Assembly: GCA_964577845.1 (NCBI GenBank)
Contig: CAZOAH010000011.1
Coordinates: 1,916-65,915 of the forward strand
Direction of reading: 5' to 3'
From: an uncultured Akkermansia sp.
Lineage (GTDB): Bacteria; Bacteroidota; Bacteroidia; Flavobacteriales_D; Crocinitomicaceae
DNA length: 64,000 nucleotides
Position numbers and translations under genes: made by a program
Shown: positions 9,248-18,257 of the stretch, piece by piece
Layout: every line of letters begins with the position of its first letter
Position numbering within the stretch: the first letter of the stretch is position 1
Notes under the pieces: generated by a model
Database searches by the model: none
Told to the model about the DNA's origin: nothing
Seen by the model: the letters and a program-made list of their open reading frames with translations, nothing else

Positions 9248-10231
9248 GTGATTAAAAGAATAAAAAACAAATTAGAACGTATAATTAGTTTTTCATTGAT
9301 AAAACTTCGTATCGCTGTATACAATAATTTTAATCGGAGGAAACAAGAGAAAAATCTGTCCTTAAAATTGTCTAATAAAACAAAATTAAAGGATATTTAT
9401 TTGCATAATTCTGACAAAAAAAGGGCAGTTGAATGCACGGAAAACGATTTGAATCTAAAGGAAGTGATTGTGACGTGTTACTTCACCTTAAAACCAGACC
9501 CACAAACAGGAACCGTAAGAAGCGCTGCTGATTTTAAGTACATTCAACCATGGTACGACTCCATAATGAAAATTGGTGTCTTCGGTATTGTTTTACACGA
9601 TGGACTTGATCAAACATTTATCGATCAGTACTCAAACGAAAAGGTTCAATTTAGGTATTGCCAATTGGGTAATTATTCAATCTTTGAAGAGCGTTGGCTC
9701 TTGTATCATCTTTTCATGCAGCAATTGCCTCATTTGGAAAAAGTATATTTTACAGACAGTAACGATGTTTTTATAACCCAAAATCCATTTACAATCATCA
9801 CGAATGACACAGCACTTTATGTAGGCCGAGACAATGCGAATCGCATCAAAGACTCAGGCTGGCTAAAAGCGGAATGCGATAAATTTGTTGAAGAAAGCAA
9901 TTATAAAATTCCAAACACATACCAATACCAGTGGGTATATAATGCCGGGGTTTGTGGAGGCTCGCGTGAAACTTTGTTTTTCCTGACTCAGGAAATGACA
10001 AAACTTATTTTCAAAGCAACAAGTAACCATCACAAAGACATGACCCTTTTGAACATTGTCATTCATCAGCATTTCTTTCCCTTTTTATCGAAGTACAACT
10101 GGGAACAACAACTTGTTGATCCAAAAAATGATGCATTTGCCTCACATTCACAGCTAATAACGGGTTATCCTTTCAACAGTGGTTTCAAAGATCATGATTT
10201 TAATTCAACTGCTTATTTCATTCACAAATAG
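9248..10231 (+). CDS. Hypothetical protein; possible GT-A-like nucleotide-sugar transferase (DxD-like TDSND)
   Basis: 327-aa ORF with a GTG start, in an operon between the dioxygenase and a GT2. Only weak cues (YFTDSNDVFI, YNAGVCGGS). No family recognised. Confidence 0.3.
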   Translation: MIKRIKNKLERIISFSLIKLRIAVYNNFNRRKQEKNLSLKLSNKTKLKDIYLHNSDKKRAVECTENDLNLKEVIVTCYFTLKPDPQTGTVRSAADFKYIQPWYDSIMKIGVFGIVLHDGLDQTFIDQYSNEKVQFRYCQLGNYSIFEERWLLYHLFMQQLPHLEKVYFTDSNDVFITQNPFTIITNDTALYVGRDNANRIKDSGWLKAECDKFVEESNYKIPNTYQYQWVYNAGVCGGSRETLFFLTQEMTKLIFKATSNHHKDMTLLNIVIHQHFFPFLSKYNWEQQLVDPKNDAFASHSQLITGYPFNSGFKDHDFNSTAYFIHK

Positions 10232-10237
10232 TCCATT

Positions 10238-11050
10238 ATGACAAATCCACTGGTTTCATTTATCATCCCCTACTACAACGCAGGTGCAACCATACAAGAA
10301 ACGGTTGATTCGATATTTAATCAAACGTATCCCAACTTTGATATTTGGTTGATTAACGACGGTAGTACCGACCCATTTTCTATTGAAAAACTAAAGGATT
10401 TTGAAGGAAACGACAAAATTCACTTGCTTCATCAAGAAAATGCGGGACCGAGTGTGGCACGAAATCTTGCCATTCGGCATTGTAATGCTGAATATATTGT
10501 TCCTTTGGATTCCGATGATTTAATTGATTCACAAAGTATTGGGGAAGGTATTATAGCATTTAAAAATGCAGAAATCGGAGTTGTTTATGGTAATATTGAA
10601 TATTTTGGAGAGGACGAAACGCTTAAAATTCAATCCGATTTTTCCATAGAACGTCAGTTAATTATGAATCAAATTGCAGTTACAGCTTTGATTCGAAAGG
10701 CCGTTTATAATCAAGTGGGATATTACGACGACTTCCTTAGCAAACCAGGTTTGGAGGATTGGGAGTTTTGGCTGAGGGTTGGACAAAGCAACTGGAAATT
10801 TGTAAAATTGGATTGTACGTTTTTTAAAGCACGTTTAATTAACTCCTCAAGAACTTTTCAAGTAGCCAATAAGAATTTAGACCTCATCAAAGATTATGTT
10901 TATAAAAAACATTCATCCTTTATTATAAAAACCTATAATGACATTTATTACCATAAAAAACAATTACTTGAAAGCCCCGATTATCGAATAGGATCTGTGA
11001 TAATGGCTCCCTACCGGTTTATTAAAAAGAAAATTTTCAAAAATGGGTGA
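10238..11050 (+). CDS. Glycosyltransferase family 2
   Basis: VSFIIPYYNAGATIQETVDSIFNQTYPNFDIWLINDGSTD and PLDSDD (DxD). Confidence 0.85.
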   Translation: MTNPLVSFIIPYYNAGATIQETVDSIFNQTYPNFDIWLINDGSTDPFSIEKLKDFEGNDKIHLLHQENAGPSVARNLAIRHCNAEYIVPLDSDDLIDSQSIGEGIIAFKNAEIGVVYGNIEYFGEDETLKIQSDFSIERQLIMNQIAVTALIRKAVYNQVGYYDDFLSKPGLEDWEFWLRVGQSNWKFVKLDCTFFKARLINSSRTFQVANKNLDLIKDYVYKKHSSFIIKTYNDIYYHKKQLLESPDYRIGSVIMAPYRFIKKKIFKNG

Positions 11051-11981
11051 ATATTCAGTCTACCGTATTTCCGAGTCCCACCTTTCCGATTTAGGCATTA
11101 TTTTCAAAGATGCATTTGGACAAAAAATGCAGCAAGAAAAATTCTTAAAAAAGCAAAAAACGGGACTTTTTGGAGACGAATTTGTTGGTTTCATTGCCTA
11201 CGATGAAAATAATTCACCAGCTGCATATTACGGAGTCTATCCTTGCCAAATTGAGTATCAAGGAAAATTTTACTTGGCCGCACAGTCAGGCGATACCATG
11301 ACTCACAGTAATCACACTGGAAAAGGTTTGTTTACACAGTTGGCAACTAAAACATACGAATATTGCAAAGAAAATGGATTTCATTGTGTGTTTGGCTTTC
11401 CTAATGAAAATTCATTTCCCGGATTTATAAAGCGTCTCGGTTGGACGCATTTCGACAATTTAACCCCCTACCTTATCAGAGTGAAATGCATTCCTTGGAT
11501 TCGCTTAAAAAATACATTCAGGCTACCTCAATCTATTCACAACAAATGGTGCCAATTCCTTTTGAAATTAAAGAAAAAAGGTAAGGTTTTCAAAAGCTCG
11601 TGTCATACCACAGAGCATCCGGTAATTGATCACTCGAAAGAATTTTTCGACTACAAATCATATGAAGAAAACTATTTAATTCAAGTCAATGGAAAAAATG
11701 TGTGGGTCAAATTTGATGATACTTTTTTACTTATTGGAGACCTCGAAAAATGTTCTGAAGCTGAATTTTTAGTAGTCATTCGAAAACTGAAAAACATTGC
11801 ATTTTGGATGGGATTGCCTCACTTGCGCTTCCATGCTAGCTCTGACACATGGGGAGAACGCATGTTCAAAAAACATGGTATACCAATGGAAGTGAATTAT
11901 CCCGTGGGGGGAATTAATTTTACGAATAAAATACCGCTTGAAATGATGAAATTTACCGCTTCGGATAACGATACCTTTTAA
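11043..11981 (+). CDS. GNAT-fold acyltransferase (two-lobed, 312 aa)
   Basis: HTGKGLFTQLATKTYEYCKENGF looks like an acyl-CoA binding RxxGxG/A loop. The C-terminal lobe is unassigned. 8-nt overlap with the upstream GT2. Confidence 0.6.
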   Translation: MGEYSVYRISESHLSDLGIIFKDAFGQKMQQEKFLKKQKTGLFGDEFVGFIAYDENNSPAAYYGVYPCQIEYQGKFYLAAQSGDTMTHSNHTGKGLFTQLATKTYEYCKENGFHCVFGFPNENSFPGFIKRLGWTHFDNLTPYLIRVKCIPWIRLKNTFRLPQSIHNKWCQFLLKLKKKGKVFKSSCHTTEHPVIDHSKEFFDYKSYEENYLIQVNGKNVWVKFDDTFLLIGDLEKCSEAEFLVVIRKLKNIAFWMGLPHLRFHASSDTWGERMFKKHGIPMEVNYPVGGINFTNKIPLEMMKFTASDNDTF

Positions 11982-11983
11982 AC

Positions 11984-13027
11984 ATGAATTGGATTGAACG
12001 TAAAATTCTTGGTTTTTTTGTCAAAACAAAAGGTGTTTTTTCCAAACCGTTGTTTGCTGGAAAAGGCCTGATATTTATGCTCCATAGGGTTTTACCTGAG
12101 AATGAAAGAAATCAATTTGACTTGAATAGAGATCTTGCGATAACACCAGAAAAGCTTGAAGAGTTTATTCTCTTTTTCAAAGAAAAAGGGTATCAGTTTA
12201 TTTCACTAGACGAACTGCATGAATGGCTTGAAGGCAAAATATCCCTTTCACAAAAATTTGTTTGTCTCACATTTGATGATGGCTACAAAGACAACCTAAG
12301 CTATGCCCTACCCCTATTAAAAAAACATGCTGTCCCAGCGACGATTTATATCACCAATTGTCTTCCAAATGGTAACGCACTTCTATGGTGGTACTTATTT
12401 GAAGAACACTTAAAGACAGCAAATCACTTTATTTTAAACTCATCGGTTGGAAAAGTCGAATACAAATGGGAGACAAAGGAACAAGCCTATAGTCAATTCG
12501 GAAAAGTTGGTGAATCAATCAAGTCAATCCCATCACCGGAGTTGGAGTCGGTATTGATGGAGGCATTCGGAAAAACCAAATCCGAACTTGAACACTTGTG
12601 CATGTCTGAAGCATTGACATGGGAAGAAATAAGGACCTTATCCAAAGAACCCCTAATTTCAATCGGTGCACATACCATGAATCATATTTCGGTGAAACAA
12701 CAAACCGCTGACCTTGTGAAAAGCGAAATGTCAGCATCAAAAAAAGAAATTGAAAAATACATTGGTCAAGAGGTGAAACATTTTGCGTATCCCTTCGGAG
12801 GAGAATTTGACGTTAGTTCTCGTGATTTGCAAATCGCCAAAAATGTTGGATTTAAAACATCCACACTAAATCAACCTGGGAATATTTTTAAAAACAACCA
12901 TAAGAACCTGCAAGCACTTACACGAATGCCCTTGGGAAACGCTACTGATTCTGAACGATTGACGAACTATTTGAACGGGATATATCATTTTTCAGTTAAT
13001 GGATTCAAAACAAGTAAATACAGTTGA
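11984..13027 (+). CDS. Polysaccharide deacetylase (NodB/CE4 domain)
   Basis: LTFDDGYKDN (the NodB TFDDG motif) and IGAHTMNHIS (His motif). Confidence 0.8.
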   Translation: MNWIERKILGFFVKTKGVFSKPLFAGKGLIFMLHRVLPENERNQFDLNRDLAITPEKLEEFILFFKEKGYQFISLDELHEWLEGKISLSQKFVCLTFDDGYKDNLSYALPLLKKHAVPATIYITNCLPNGNALLWWYLFEEHLKTANHFILNSSVGKVEYKWETKEQAYSQFGKVGESIKSIPSPELESVLMEAFGKTKSELEHLCMSEALTWEEIRTLSKEPLISIGAHTMNHISVKQQTADLVKSEMSASKKEIEKYIGQEVKHFAYPFGGEFDVSSRDLQIAKNVGFKTSTLNQPGNIFKNNHKNLQALTRMPLGNATDSERLTNYLNGIYHFSVNGFKTSKYS

Positions 13028-13030
13028 TTT

Positions 13031-14047
13031 ATGCAGGGAAATGATATCGATATTTCAATAGTAATCGTCAGTTACAAAACTCCAGAACTTCTCAGGGATT
13101 GTTTGCAATCGATCATTGATACTACGGCTGAAATAAACTATGAAATTATAATAGTAGACAATGACTCTGGAGACGAATCAGAGGAACTCATCAGAAAATA
13201 CTTTCCTCAGGTCAAATGGATCAATAGTGGTTACAATGCTGGCTTTGCAAGAGCAAATAATTTGGGGATTCGCAACGCGACGGGGACATATACCTTAATT
13301 TTAAACCCTGACACCACGCTTAAGGAAGGTTTTTTGAGACAATTGCTTTCATTTTATCAAACCCAAAATGAAGTTTTCAAAAATAAACTTGGATTTTTAA
13401 CCACAAGAATTATTTCAAGCACTGATCAATCATTGCTTATCGGTACAGGAAGAAACTTTGTCGGATTTAAGAAGGAAATGAATAAAAATCCTTTTGTAAT
13501 ATTCTTCAAAAGAATCTTTCGATTAAAGCATGTGAAATATGACCCATACATTCAACATTACCTCAATCATGAAGTTGATTTTGTTAGCGGTGCATGTTTT
13601 TTAATTAGAACATCTAAATTAAAAGAATATGAATTGTTCTTTGATGAAGATTTTTTTCTGTATTTCGAAGATTTGGAATTGTGCTATCGATCTAAGCTAA
13701 AAGGCCTTAGACATTATTTTTGTGGTGATTTAGAATTATTTCATGTGAACTCAGCAAGCACTTCCCAGTCCAAAAGCAGAAATGAACAAATAAAAATCTC
13801 AGAGTATCTTTTCTACTATAAAAGATTTAATCGATTACAGTTTAATCTTTTGGGCTTTCTTATTCAAATTAATCTGTTTCTAAATATCCTTTTACTGAGA
13901 AGAAAAAAGAATTTTAAAGAAATAGAATTATTACATTTAGAAAGAGAAATATTTAATACCTATTATTTTCATTTGGACAAGCACCTCAATAAAGGTAATC
14001 TGCAAATGAAGTCGTTTTTAAAGTATGATCAAAAAGTTAAAATCTAA
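13031..14047 (+). CDS. Glycosyltransferase family 2
   Basis: ISIVIVSYKTPELLRDCLQSI, IIVDNDSGDES, GFARANNLG, NPDT. Confidence 0.85.
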   Translation: MQGNDIDISIVIVSYKTPELLRDCLQSIIDTTAEINYEIIIVDNDSGDESEELIRKYFPQVKWINSGYNAGFARANNLGIRNATGTYTLILNPDTTLKEGFLRQLLSFYQTQNEVFKNKLGFLTTRIISSTDQSLLIGTGRNFVGFKKEMNKNPFVIFFKRIFRLKHVKYDPYIQHYLNHEVDFVSGACFLIRTSKLKEYELFFDEDFFLYFEDLELCYRSKLKGLRHYFCGDLELFHVNSASTSQSKSRNEQIKISEYLFYYKRFNRLQFNLLGFLIQINLFLNILLLRRKKNFKEIELLHLEREIFNTYYFHLDKHLNKGNLQMKSFLKYDQKVKI

Positions 14048-14933
14048 ATTTTTTGGACCGGATAACAAAATTCTAATCGAAGGTTTAAAAAATAAAATTG
14101 AATCCATTCGTAAACAAAACGATTGCATTGTTTTATTCGGATCGCCTACAGAAGGTAATTGGAAAGGCATTGCCAATGCAACAACCGGATTATTCCCAAA
14201 TAATTCTATAGAAATTCCTCAATGGTACTCAAATTCAATTTTCTCTGAGAAAGAAACAATAGAAATCTGTGCAAGTATAAACGAGGTTCGCTTCAAAAAA
14301 GTCATAATCAGTGGTTTTGCTCCTTACTTTTTTAATTGGATTGAATTACTTCACCCATTCGCAACGATAGAAATTATTTTTCACGGTACCATTAGTGAAT
14401 TTCATGAAATCGACAAACAAAAGTTCGTTTCCAAATTAATTCATTTAGGCCAAACCGATGTCATAAGTAGATTTGGGTTCGTCAAAAATGGCTTGGATAA
14501 CGTATTTTCCAACCTATATGGTTTTAAGACATACCACCAACCTCTTGCCACACCTCAACTACCTCCAGATATTAAAAAACTAGAACTCGATCGAAGTAAA
14601 ATTCATATCGGTGTATTTGGGGCAGATACTTTTAATAAGAACCTTCACAATCAGGTCATTCATGCTTTAATGATTGAAAATGTTATTGTTCACGTTTTAG
14701 ATAAAAGTGTTTTCCAGTATTTGGGAATGGAGGAGCGAATTGTTGAACATGGCAAAAATTTGCAAAGAGAAGTGTTTTTGTCAATTTTAGGCTCAATGGA
14801 TTTAAATTTATATATGTCTTTTAATGAATCTTGGGGGTTGGTTGCACATGAAAGTGAGGCAATGGGCGTCCACTGTATCAGTCAAAGTGATACAGACTAC
14901 TTGCAATTAATCAAAGCGAAATTAAAAAAATGA
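14025..14933 (+). CDS. Short GT-B-like glycosyltransferase (tentative)
   Basis: NESWGLVAHESEAMGV resembles the EX7E motif of GT4 enzymes. 23-nt overlap with the upstream gene. Confidence 0.45.
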   Translation: MIKKLKSKFFGPDNKILIEGLKNKIESIRKQNDCIVLFGSPTEGNWKGIANATTGLFPNNSIEIPQWYSNSIFSEKETIEICASINEVRFKKVIISGFAPYFFNWIELLHPFATIEIIFHGTISEFHEIDKQKFVSKLIHLGQTDVISRFGFVKNGLDNVFSNLYGFKTYHQPLATPQLPPDIKKLELDRSKIHIGVFGADTFNKNLHNQVIHALMIENVIVHVLDKSVFQYLGMEERIVEHGKNLQREVFLSILGSMDLNLYMSFNESWGLVAHESEAMGVHCISQSDTDYLQLIKAKLKK

Positions 14934-16066
14934 AAATCCTCCATATCATTCCCAACCTAAAAAAGGGCGGTGCCGAGCGAATTGTAATAGACATTATGCG
15001 GCATCTGAACAAGGACCCGTCGTTGGATGTAAAATTGGTTCTTTTCGAAAATCAAATTGAATATAATGTAAAGGATCTTGAACCAATTATCGAAATCATT
15101 CCATCGTATGTGCGCTTATCGCTTTTACATAAAAATGAATATACTGTCAATGGGCTTCAATCCTATCTTGATGCTTTTCAACCTGCGATTGTTCATACGC
15201 ATTTGTATGAAGCTGAAGTGATTTCAAGGAGTTGCTTTTACCCAAGTGCCAAATGGTTCACTCATTCGCATGATCGAATGCAATCATTCAACAATTTAGC
15301 ATTGCGCTCACTCAACTCAAAGCGTGCTTTAACCAATTACTTCGAAAAAAAATACTTACTAAAGAGGTATACAGCAAATAGAGGTAATCATTTTATTGCC
15401 ATTTCAGAGAATATTGAACTCTTTTTAAAATCTGTATTGCCTAAGAATGGCTTTCCAATTCACTTACTTCCAAATGCAATTGATGTAAAACGATTTAAAA
15501 AACCTACGAAGTTTGTTACATCAAAGGATCATCTGGTTTTTCAGCTCATTTCGATTGGACGAATGGATTCGAATAAAAATCACCAATTTTTAGTTGATGT
15601 CGTTCATGATTTAATTACTAAACAAGTCCCTGTTCACCTTACACTCGTTGGTGATGGTGCTGAGCGTGATGCTATACAAGAAAAAATAAACCAATTACAC
15701 CTGCAACAACACATTACGTTGGTTGGGCTACAAGAACAAGTAGAAGAATACTTATGGAATTCCGATTTATATATTCACAGTGCTCTTAAAGAAGGCTTTG
15801 GACTTACCTTAATCGAGGCTATGGCAGCAGGATTACCAGTTGTAACATTGGATGGTGGAGGAAATAAAAAATTGATTCGTCATGGAGAAAATGGGTTTAT
15901 AATCGGTGAACAAGATGTAACTTTGTTTTCTAACTATATTACCACCTTTGTTCAAGATAAAACATCATTGGAATTATTTTCACAATATGCCATTGACTTT
16001 GCCAACCATTTTGACATTACGACCTACTGTGATAATTTAACAATGATCTACAAAAAAGCGCTTTAA
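14930..16066 (+). CDS. Glycosyltransferase family 4
   Basis: KKGGAERIV N-terminus and EGFGLTLIEAMAAGLPVV (EX7E). Confidence 0.85.
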   Translation: MKILHIIPNLKKGGAERIVIDIMRHLNKDPSLDVKLVLFENQIEYNVKDLEPIIEIIPSYVRLSLLHKNEYTVNGLQSYLDAFQPAIVHTHLYEAEVISRSCFYPSAKWFTHSHDRMQSFNNLALRSLNSKRALTNYFEKKYLLKRYTANRGNHFIAISENIELFLKSVLPKNGFPIHLLPNAIDVKRFKKPTKFVTSKDHLVFQLISIGRMDSNKNHQFLVDVVHDLITKQVPVHLTLVGDGAERDAIQEKINQLHLQQHITLVGLQEQVEEYLWNSDLYIHSALKEGFGLTLIEAMAAGLPVVTLDGGGNKKLIRHGENGFIIGEQDVTLFSNYITTFVQDKTSLELFSQYAIDFANHFDITTYCDNLTMIYKKAL

Positions 16067-17935
16067 ATGTGTGGAATAGCAGGAATTATTGATTTTGAAA
16101 AAAAGCTTCAACTTAATGAATCCATCCTTCGTCAAATGGCGAAACCACTTACGTTTAGAGGACCTGATCAGGAAGGATATTCCTATCATAATACGCCTAA
16201 TTATTCGTTTGGACTTGCTCACAAACGCCTGAGCATTCTTGATTTGTCGGATGCGGGGAAACAGCCTATGTGGAATACTGAGAAAGACTGTGTCATCGCA
16301 TTTAATGGTGAAATATACAATTTTCCAGTATTGAAAATGCGCCTTGAAAAGGAAGGTGCAAGTTTCAAATCGTCGAGTGATACGGAAGTTCTTCTTGTGG
16401 CTTATCAGCGTTGGGGAATTGATCAAATGCTCAAGGAAATAGAAGGTATGTTTGCTTTCACGTTGATTGATCTATCGAAACAACTTGTTTTTATTGCGCG
16501 TGATCGATTTGGAGAAAAACCACTGTATTACCATTCAAAAGGATTGTTTTTAGCCTTCAGTTCTGATATTCGATCTTTTCAAGCAATTGGAATATCCCGG
16601 GTAATTAACTTGCATGCTTTAGGTTATTTTTTCTCTGAGATGACGACACCAATTGATTCTTCTATTTATTCAGAAATTAAAAAACTTCCACCCGCAACGT
16701 ATATTCAAGTTAGCAACAAGGGAATAATACTAAGCGAATATTGGAATTTAAATTATAAACAAAAAACAACGTTGAGCCTGGAAGAAACGTTGAATCACAC
16801 CGAATTGTTGCTTGAAAAGGCGGTTCAAAAAACCTTGCTCTCCGATGTTCCCGTTGGTTGTTTTTTAAGTGGTGGATTAGATTCATCGCTCGTTTCCTTA
16901 TACGCTGCAAAACACTATTCTACCCAACTTAAAACATTTAGTGTAGGATTTGAGTACGAATCGTTCAATGAACTGCCATACGCTCGTGCTGTTTCGAAAC
17001 AAATCGGTTCTGAACACAATGAAATAATCTTGAACCCAGACGATTTGTCAATTGTCGATGCATTATTAAAAGAATATGGTGAACCATTTGCAGATTCATC
17101 CGCAATCCCAACTTATTATGTTTCCAAATTTGCCGGAAAAAATGTGAAAGTGGCTTTGGGCGGTGATGGTGGTGATGAAGTTTTTGCAGGTTATCGCACC
17201 TACAATCAAGGCTTGCGTATGCAACAATGGTACAACAAACGTTTTTTAGCTGTTCCATTGACAGTCTTGAAAAATCTGACAAATTCAACGAAAGCATCTT
17301 ATTTGTCAGGAGTCATGAAAAAAGACCCTGTAACTTTAGCGGGTGCACTCTACAGAAACATGGGGTTTTCGCAACAGGATTTAAAAGAACTCTTCAATGA
17401 TAAAGGGTTTTATGAAGCTCCAAAACGTGAACATGAACAAGCAATCATCAAAGCTCTGGGAGAAACAACCGATCTATTTGACACTTTACTACACGCTTCA
17501 ATAAAAACGCGTTTGGTGAATGATTACTTGGTAAAAACCGATCGTGCAACCATGTTCAATTCGCTGGAATTAAGAACCCCTTTTTTAGATAAGGATCTTA
17601 TCGAATTCAGCAACAGTCTTCCATATGATTCGATAATGCACCAAGGTAAAAACAAATACATTACCAAAAAAATAGCTGAAAAACATTTCTCAAAGGAGTT
17701 AATATATCGGGAGAAACAAGGGTTTGGCATTCCGATTGGTGAATGGATGAAAAATGTCTGGAGAAAGCAATTTGAAGAAGTGGTATTTTCGCAACAACAA
17801 GTCATACCGTTGAACTATGCGTTTATTGATAAAATTTGGCAAGAACATTTACGCAATGAAAAGGACCATTCGCATCGTTTGTGGATTGTCTATGTTTTTC
17901 ATAAATGGATTCAAAACGAATACTTGGCGGCATGA
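16067..17935 (+). CDS. asnB: Asparagine synthase family glutamine amidotransferase (AsnB/WbpS-like) inside the glycan locus
   Basis: MCGIAG (Cys2 nucleophile), HKRLSILDL, FNGEIYN, PP-loop LSGGLDSS. Confidence 0.85.
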   Translation: MCGIAGIIDFEKKLQLNESILRQMAKPLTFRGPDQEGYSYHNTPNYSFGLAHKRLSILDLSDAGKQPMWNTEKDCVIAFNGEIYNFPVLKMRLEKEGASFKSSSDTEVLLVAYQRWGIDQMLKEIEGMFAFTLIDLSKQLVFIARDRFGEKPLYYHSKGLFLAFSSDIRSFQAIGISRVINLHALGYFFSEMTTPIDSSIYSEIKKLPPATYIQVSNKGIILSEYWNLNYKQKTTLSLEETLNHTELLLEKAVQKTLLSDVPVGCFLSGGLDSSLVSLYAAKHYSTQLKTFSVGFEYESFNELPYARAVSKQIGSEHNEIILNPDDLSIVDALLKEYGEPFADSSAIPTYYVSKFAGKNVKVALGGDGGDEVFAGYRTYNQGLRMQQWYNKRFLAVPLTVLKNLTNSTKASYLSGVMKKDPVTLAGALYRNMGFSQQDLKELFNDKGFYEAPKREHEQAIIKALGETTDLFDTLLHASIKTRLVNDYLVKTDRATMFNSLELRTPFLDKDLIEFSNSLPYDSIMHQGKNKYITKKIAEKHFSKELIYREKQGFGIPIGEWMKNVWRKQFEEVVFSQQQVIPLNYAFIDKIWQEHLRNEKDHSHRLWIVYVFHKWIQNEYLAA

Positions 17936-18249
17936 GTAAGAAAAAGATTCTTTACATTGCCAACGGAAATAGTATTCATGACGTAAAATGGATGTCCTAT
18001 TTTTCAGAGCAAACTGAACATTATCAGTTTTTTTTATTGGTGGACAGCCTAAATCCCATGTCCCAAGAAAGAATTGATCAATTAACGAAATTACAGATAA
18101 CGGCTCTGGAAGCAATGAATCCAATTATGCTTTCTCATCCGATTCATACACTTCGCGCAATCCTTTGCAAAAAACGATTGATCAGTTGTATTAGTTTGCA
18201 GCAAAGATTAATGAGAGAGGGATTTATTTTAAAAACCTTGACAAAATAA
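17932..18249 (+). pseudogene. N-terminal remnant (~105 aa) of a GT4-type glycosyltransferase
   Basis: MSKKKILYIANGNSIHDVKWMSYF resembles the N-terminus of ~370-aa GT4 enzymes. The frame ends at 18249, 8 nt before the next gene, and no other frame continues it. Confidence 0.5.
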
Positions 18250-18257
18250 AATAAAGC

